64,000 nt of DNA from positions 1,151-65,150 of the forward strand of contig JAKPSH010000212.1 of the NCBI GenBank assembly GCA_029555385.1. Direction: 5' to 3'. Each line of letters opens with the position of its first letter. Within the stretch, counting starts at the first letter, position 1. The translations under genes and the position numbers were made by a program. This stretch comes from Pseudomonadota bacterium. Its GTDB lineage: Bacteria; Bdellovibrionota_C; UBA2361; SZUA-149. Under the pieces are notes generated by a model, which saw only the letters and a program-made list of their open reading frames with translations, made no database searches and was not told the origin of the DNA. This document shows positions 58,786-64,000 of the stretch, in pieces.

Positions 58786-59292
58786 ATGAATATCGAAAAC
58801 ACTTCCGTGCTGCGTTTTGCCTTCGTCCGACTGTTGTTCTGTTCTCTCGTTGTCCTTTCCGGATGCTTGGGCGGCTCGGGCGCGCTCGAACCGTCATCAC
58901 CGGACCCTGAACTTGTCAAGGCCGGGGTCGTCCATACGCCAAGCCCGATATTCCGCAACGGAAAAGATTTGATTACAATCAAGACTGTGGACGGCAAAGC
59001 TCCTGTCTTCTTGGACAACAAAACCTTGATCTCGCCGGGCGAACATGTCCTTCAAATTTCTTTGGAGCTGTACCATGACGGTGATTCGTCAACCAAGTCC
59101 TTTGTGACCCGCGCCGACACTTCACTTAAATTCAAAGTGGAAGCCGAACACGAGTATCTAATTGACGCGGTAGAAGACGAAAACGGTCTCTGGCTCTGGG
59201 TCACAGACACCACGGACAACGCGATTGTCGCCGGAGAAGCCCCGCGCGAGCTGCCCGCCGCCGAACGTACCCGGCCGCAGTGGAAGAAATAA
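58786..59292 (+). CDS. lipoprotein, hypothetical
   Basis: Signal peptide with lipobox LSGC|L; starts 1 nt after previous stop. Confidence 0.5.
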   Translation: MNIENTSVLRFAFVRLLFCSLVVLSGCLGGSGALEPSSPDPELVKAGVVHTPSPIFRNGKDLITIKTVDGKAPVFLDNKTLISPGEHVLQISLELYHDGDSSTKSFVTRADTSLKFKVEAEHEYLIDAVEDENGLWLWVTDTTDNAIVAGEAPRELPAAERTRPQWKK

Positions 59293-59320
59293 GCAGGCTC
59301 GGCGAGCCGCCAGATTAGAT

Positions 59321-60640
59321 ATGCTTTTCGCGTTATTTATCGCCTTAGTTCTTATTTTGATCAATGCTCTGTACGTTGCTGCCGAGTTCGGCTCAGTAGC
59401 AGTACGGCGTGCGCAGGTTGCTCATTTAGCGCACACGGGCAACGAAAATGCCAAACAGCTTCTTCCGTTTGTCCAGGAAGCACCAAAACTCGATACGTAT
59501 GTCGCTGCATGTCAAATAGGCATTACCGTCTCCAGTTTGATTTTAGGTGCGTTTGCGGATGCGGCCTTTTCACCGGCAATTGCCAAGTTGTTAAGTCAAT
59601 ACTCCAGCATCGGGGAAGTGACAGCTTATTCAATATCTGCGATTTTCTTGCTGGTCTTGTTTACCTGCCTGCAGGTGATCTTTGGTGAGCTGGTGCCGAA
59701 ATCGCTCGCGCTGCGTTTCCCGCTGAAGACAGCCCTCAATACAATCCGGCCGATGCTTTGGTCGCTCATGCTTTTCCGGCCCTTCATCCGCGTGCTGAAC
59801 GGCAGCGGTATCTTTTTGCTTCGCCTGCTTCGCGTGCCCCTGACAACGCACCGGCATGTGCATTCAGTCAAGGAGATAGAATCAATCCTTTTGCACAGCA
59901 GGAGATCCGGCAGCCTCGCGCCTGAGCAGTATCAGCGTTTGCGCGAAGCACTGCGTCTGCCGCTGACCAAGGCGCATCAGCTCATGGTACCGCGCATGCG
60001 CGTGGACGCGATCAATGCGTCGTGGCCCGTCTCGCGCTGTATTGATGCGATTCTGCTCAGCCCCTATACGCGCCTGCCCGTTTATGAGCAGACATTGGAT
60101 AATCTCATAGGATTCGTGCACACAACCGAGGTCACGGCCCGCTTCGCTAGAGGAAGCCTCCAATCAATTACCGAGGCAGTTCGCCCCGCCGTCTTCGTCC
60201 CGGAGATGGTAGCGGTTGACCGGCTGCTTAATCTATTTCGTGAGCAGCATACGCATCTTGCTTTTGTTGTTGATGAGCTTGGCGAATTCACGGGCCTCAT
60301 CTCCATAGAAGATGTTCTCTCTGAGCTTCTAGGGGATATCCCGGACGAACTTAAGCGGCCGCGCGTTGTACAAAGTCTTGCCCGCGGGAAGCTCCGGTTT
60401 CCCGGAGAAATGCGGCGCGAAATGGTTTCCGATTGGCTGGGCATCGAATGGCCGGGGGATGCCGACACGATCAGCGGACACATTGCCAACATTCTTTGCC
60501 GTATTCCGAGGAAAGGGGAGATGCTGGTCATCGCCGGGACAAAGGTCACGGTCGAATCCGTGGAAAATAATGCGGTGACCTCCATCATCGTGGAAGTTCC
60601 AGATACAGTTGCTGAGCAGGGAGGCAGCGAACCAAAGTGA
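59321..60640 (+). CDS. HlyC/CorC-family transporter (CNNM/DUF21 TM domain - CBS pair - CorC_HlyC)
   Basis: N-terminal DUF21 helices LINALYVAAEFGSVA, CBS pair, C-terminal transporter-associated domain; start trimmed to ATG 59321. Confidence 0.8.
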   Translation: MLFALFIALVLILINALYVAAEFGSVAVRRAQVAHLAHTGNENAKQLLPFVQEAPKLDTYVAACQIGITVSSLILGAFADAAFSPAIAKLLSQYSSIGEVTAYSISAIFLLVLFTCLQVIFGELVPKSLALRFPLKTALNTIRPMLWSLMLFRPFIRVLNGSGIFLLRLLRVPLTTHRHVHSVKEIESILLHSRRSGSLAPEQYQRLREALRLPLTKAHQLMVPRMRVDAINASWPVSRCIDAILLSPYTRLPVYEQTLDNLIGFVHTTEVTARFARGSLQSITEAVRPAVFVPEMVAVDRLLNLFREQHTHLAFVVDELGEFTGLISIEDVLSELLGDIPDELKRPRVVQSLARGKLRFPGEMRREMVSDWLGIEWPGDADTISGHIANILCRIPRKGEMLVIAGTKVTVESVENNAVTSIIVEVPDTVAEQGGSEPK

Positions 60641-61947
60641 CTGCCCTGCTGATTCTAATTATTCTCATTGCGCTGAATGCGCTTTTCGTCGCCGCAGAAT
60701 TCGCGCTTGTCGGCGCACCGCGCCATGTCATTGAACAACGGGCGCGCGAAGGCAGCATCGTAGCCGCGTCGATACACCGCGTGCTTAGCAATCCCAAGCA
60801 GCAGGATCAATACGTGGCGACTGCCCAGCTAGGAATCACGCTGGCGAGCTTAGGTCTCGGCATGTACAGCGAACACTCGCTGGCGCTGTGGTTTATTGAG
60901 GTGCTGCACTGGGCGGGGGCCTCGGGCCTTGCGACAGCCCATACTTTGGCCAGCGTATGTGCAATCTCGGTCATGACTTACCTGCACATCGTGCTCGGCG
61001 AAATGGTGCCTAAATCCCTGGCGCTGCTTTATGCCGAACGCAGCGCAATTGTGCTTTACTCTCCGATGTGGGTGGCGCGCATTCTATCTTATCCCCTGGT
61101 GATTGCACTCAACACAATCGGCAACCAGTTGCTCCGGGTGTGCGGGGTTGAAGCCGCACAAACCGCCTCCGAGACCATCACCTTGGATGAGCTCCGTCTC
61201 ATTGTTGCCGAAAGCGGCAAAGAAGGCATGCTGCATAATGAGACGACGAAGCTCCTGAACGAACTGTTTGATCTCACAGCACTCAGCGCACAAGAAGTGA
61301 TGATCCCCCGCATCCATGTAAGCGGAGTCCCCTTGGGCGCGCAACCCTCGGAGATGAAAGCAATAATAACAGCTGATCCGCATACCCGTTATCCTGTATT
61401 CCAAGACAGCATCGACAACATCAAGGGCATGGTTCATATCAAGGACTTGTTCAGACTGATCCGTGCAGAAAGCCCGCTGCAAAGTAAACACCTTCGCCAA
61501 GTGCTCTTTGTGCCAGCCACCATCCTTCTCGACACGTTAATTAAAAGGATGAATATCGAACATACCCAGTTTGCTGTAGTTGTAGATGAACATGGCGGCA
61601 CGGCGGGAATTGTGACACTTGAAGATGTATTTGAAGAGGTTGTGGGCGGAGCAGGTGAACCGCAGGGAGAGGGGAACACCGCATTACAGCGCCGCAAGCG
61701 CCGGCGCATCACGGGAACAACACGCGTAGACGAGTTGGGAGAGATGTTCGGCATTAAGCTTGAGCATCCCGAGGTGGTCACGGTCAGCGGATTAGTCATG
61801 GCTCAACTAGGACGTCCCGCTCAAGTATCAGATCAGATTCACTATGGCGGCCTGAACATTACGGTTTCCCAGGTAAAAGGTCTGGGCGTTGCCGAGTGCT
61901 TAGTCCAATTGGCGGCACGGGCCGATGACAGCACAAAGAGTGAATAG
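60637..61947 (+). CDS. HlyC/CorC-family transporter, tandem paralog
   Basis: Same architecture (ALNALFVAAEFALVGA…); GTG start overlaps upstream stop (GTGA). Confidence 0.8.
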   Translation: MTALLILIILIALNALFVAAEFALVGAPRHVIEQRAREGSIVAASIHRVLSNPKQQDQYVATAQLGITLASLGLGMYSEHSLALWFIEVLHWAGASGLATAHTLASVCAISVMTYLHIVLGEMVPKSLALLYAERSAIVLYSPMWVARILSYPLVIALNTIGNQLLRVCGVEAAQTASETITLDELRLIVAESGKEGMLHNETTKLLNELFDLTALSAQEVMIPRIHVSGVPLGAQPSEMKAIITADPHTRYPVFQDSIDNIKGMVHIKDLFRLIRAESPLQSKHLRQVLFVPATILLDTLIKRMNIEHTQFAVVVDEHGGTAGIVTLEDVFEEVVGGAGEPQGEGNTALQRRKRRRITGTTRVDELGEMFGIKLEHPEVVTVSGLVMAQLGRPAQVSDQIHYGGLNITVSQVKGLGVAECLVQLAARADDSTKSE

Positions 61948-62010
61948 TTAGCATTACTACTCCGTTTGGCCTGCGTCTATAGCCGATCTTGCGTTATTGT
62001 ACAGTCAATC

Positions 62011-62046
62011 CTTAGCGTAATAATTAACCATTAGAGGAGTGACCCC
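62011..62046. repeat. left copy of a 36/38-bp direct repeat CTTAGCGTA(CA)ATAATTAACCATTAGAGGAGTGACCCC
   Basis: Identical to 63795-63832 except a 2-bp CA indel; read directly. Confidence 0.85.
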
Positions 62047-62096
62047 TAGCGCTGGTATGGCGGTTTGACCGATGGGGAAGGTCGCTTGTCGAACTG

Positions 62097-62444
62097 GTGA
62101 CCACGCTCCAGGAGCTCGTGGCTCTCAAGGGCGGCTTCATCTCACTCAGCGAGGCCCTCGTCATGACCACCCCCAGCGGCGAAGCGCTTGCTGGGATGCT
62201 GGCCGTTTTCGCCCAATTCGAGCGGGACATCCTACGCGAACGGGTCAAGGCCGGCATCGCGCAGGCCCGAAAGGAAGGCCGGCCTCGCGGCCGGCCGCGA
62301 ACCGTAACAAGGCATGCCCAGGAAGTCAGAAAGCTTTTCAGAAGCGGAGTTAGCAAGCGGGAAATCGCTAAGCGCTTGAAAATAAGCAGGACGTCGGTCC
62401 AGAGGCTACTGGAACGGCGGATTGCAACAGCGGCTCGCTTCTGA
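62097..62444 (+). pseudogene. N-terminally truncated serine recombinase (resolvase/invertase C-terminal half with HTH)
   Basis: …GEALAGMLAVFAQFERDILRERVKAGIAQARKEGRPRGRP… plus C-terminal HTH VSKREIAKRLKISRTSVQRLL matches the resolvase E-helix/HTH; catalytic Ser-containing N-terminal ~80 aa absent; begins at GTG directly after the direct repeat. Confidence 0.6.
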
Positions 62445-62621
62445 TGGATGTAATCCGGCACAACTAACTTCGCCTGGCGCTTAAACCGCTGAGCCAAAGG
62501 CTCGATGGTTTCTTTCTGCGCCGACGCTGAGCGGAAGGTATAACCTCTAATTAGAACTAATCCCTACTGCTGGTTACCTCTGTTATGGAGCGCGATGAGC
62601 GGTATAGTTGATTAGAGGAAT

Positions 62622-63608
62622 ATGGGGGAGTATCTTTCCAAACTTAAATTTCGAGTAACTAAGGGATGGGTGATCTGCCTCGTTGCCTTTGTCGTATTCT
62701 GCTTTGCGGGCAGTTTCTGTGTCAACAACTACCGATTGATAAAGGATCTTCGAAGCTGGTGCCGTGAACTTCCCGTCTTCGCGACCCAGGTGGACCTATA
62801 TGTTCTAAAAACCAAGCTTTCTTTGAACGCACAGGAACAGCTCGAGTTTTCGTCCATCGCTAAGGAGAAAGGTCTCGATTACCATGCGCTTAGCAGCGCG
62901 TTAGGAAAGGAACGAGCCCGTGAAGTTCTCGAGACCCTAGCGGAATTCCGCCAGTCGTATGCCCTGCATGAGGCGAGGGACGAAGCTGTTCTTATATCTT
63001 CTGCGCTTGACCTTACAAATGATCAATCAACGGCACTCCGAAAAGGCTTTGAGAATATATATCTTCTCACTGCCCGCGGTGACAAGTACGACGTCACCTT
63101 GCGGGAGATAATTTCAGCTTTGTACGGGAGGACGCGATTAGCATGGGCGAGAAAGACCCTCCTGAGGGAAACGCTTACAAAAAGCCAATACCAGGATTAC
63201 TTAAAACTCTTTGGAAAGCAAAAAAGGTCAGTGACCCGCGCGGGCTCTCCAAGAAAGCTGAAAAAAGCCGAAACAGGACCGCTCTCGGATGATGAAAAAA
63301 CTTGGCTCCTATTAAACGCCATTCTCGAATTATCCCCCGAACAGCGGACCTTCGCAAAAGAAGCGTTGGAAACGCTTAAGCCTCAAGTCTGGCTGCCCGT
63401 AGAGCAGTCGATCAAGAACCATGCGGGTGAGGAATCGCTTGCTGCCATTGTGTCAAGCAGCTGGATCTTGTTTTACCAGAGACACCGTCTAATAAGAGAG
63501 CACTTCAAATCGTTTCTTACGGAGGAGCAGTACGACAAGCTCGTTCGGGTTCAAACCGAAGATCCCCGCTCCCTCATCGCCAAGTATTTTGTGGAGAATT
63601 ATTCGTAG
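62622..63608 (+). CDS. membrane-anchored helical protein, hypothetical (cargo of DR-bounded cassette)
   Basis: 328 aa; one N-terminal TM helix; lower GC than flanks; no motifs recognised. Confidence 0.5.
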   Translation: MGEYLSKLKFRVTKGWVICLVAFVVFCFAGSFCVNNYRLIKDLRSWCRELPVFATQVDLYVLKTKLSLNAQEQLEFSSIAKEKGLDYHALSSALGKERAREVLETLAEFRQSYALHEARDEAVLISSALDLTNDQSTALRKGFENIYLLTARGDKYDVTLREIISALYGRTRLAWARKTLLRETLTKSQYQDYLKLFGKQKRSVTRAGSPRKLKKAETGPLSDDEKTWLLLNAILELSPEQRTFAKEALETLKPQVWLPVEQSIKNHAGEESLAAIVSSSWILFYQRHRLIREHFKSFLTEEQYDKLVRVQTEDPRSLIAKYFVENYS

Positions 63609-63794
63609 CCAGAATAGGTGGTCGTCTGTGTTGGGTCGCCGCGCTCGCTAGTTTGAATAAAGCGTCTCCCAGAACTGAACGGCGGCCTGTTTCCAATAAC
63701 TGCTAAACGGATCCTTAGCGTGTAAAATTACACACATCTGCCTGATACCCTTCGCTACTCGACTCGCGGGCTCAAATACGAACGCTTGCTGTTT

Positions 63795-63832
63795 CTTAGC
63801 GTACAATAATTAACCATTAGAGGAGTGACCCC
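63795..63832. repeat. right copy of the direct repeat
   Basis: See left copy. Confidence 0.85.
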
Positions 63833-63895
63833 GGGCACGTGGGGCCCCCGACACAGTTTGGAGCAGCGCGAAAAGGCCAAGTATGGGCCAATTGC

Positions 63896-63932
63896 CTAAC
63901 CGCGATATCGCCTTGTGAGATATCGCGGTTAG
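63896..63932. terminator. perfect 14-bp-stem hairpin CTAACCGCGATATC-N9-GATATCGCGGTTAG overlapping the stop codon of the minus-strand edge gene; followed on + strand by a T-rich tract
   Basis: Read directly. Confidence 0.35.
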
Positions 63933-64000
63933 CGTCCTTGGCTCGTTTTCTCTTCGATCGCCCGGGCCAGTTCCTCCTCCGTGCGCTCGGTATAGCGCAT
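63929..64000 (-). CDS. 3' end of an unidentified gene extending beyond the window (…MRYTERTEEELARAIEEKTSQGR*)
   Basis: Open frame on minus strand to window edge, stop TAA at 63929-63931. Confidence 0.3.
   Translation of the reverse strand: MRYTERTEEELARAIEEKTSQGR

Noticed and set aside
1-64000. Search for CRISPR arrays, rRNA, tRNA
   Set aside because: No regularly spaced short direct repeats with unique spacers, no rRNA-like conserved blocks and no cloverleaf candidates were seen. The only regular repeat is the GGCGGA hexamer.

Overview
This is a GC-rich (about 58-60% by eye) bacterial chromosomal segment carrying roughly 55 protein-coding genes. I found no rRNA, tRNA or CRISPR array. Most of the window is housekeeping, but there are four accessory or unusual regions. 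(1) A low-GC islet of about 2.2 kb at 17.9-20.1 kb carries a eukaryotic-type dual-specificity phosphatase (HCxxGxxRS motif), a YcxB-like protein and a tyrosine-recombinase C-terminal remnant. (2) A 1.75 kb cassette at 62011-63832 is bounded by 36/38-bp direct repeats and carries an N-terminally truncated serine recombinase plus an orphan membrane-anchored protein. (3) A near-palindromic element of about 181 bp sits at 38342-38522 between divergent genes. (4) An operon encodes a 1439-aa signal-peptide-bearing polytopic protein of no family I can recognise. It is translationally coupled to a Hanks-type Ser/Thr kinase with a TPR tail and an M28 peptidase, and lies divergent from a hypothetical gene and a group-3 alternative sigma factor. 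This operon is the best candidate for an undescribed system. The housekeeping backbone comprises dnaE (54125-57589), smc (31963-35592), ftsY, ispH, ald, rmlB, a GlgP-type alpha-glucan phosphorylase, djlA, a cold-shock protein with an acidic tail, a fused B12-binding radical-SAM/DUF2344 protein of 900 aa, two adjacent sensor histidine kinases, and an S8 subtilase with FG-GAP repeats. Smaller observations include an operator-like palindrome upstream of a membrane-protein/winged-helix-regulator gene pair, a (GGCGGA)5 microsatellite beside a structured non-coding stretch, tandem translationally coupled CorC/HlyC paralogs, and a GH57-like protein next to glgP whose catalytic motifs appear substituted. 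All functional calls rest on motif recognition from memory and on reading-frame logic. No database search was possible.
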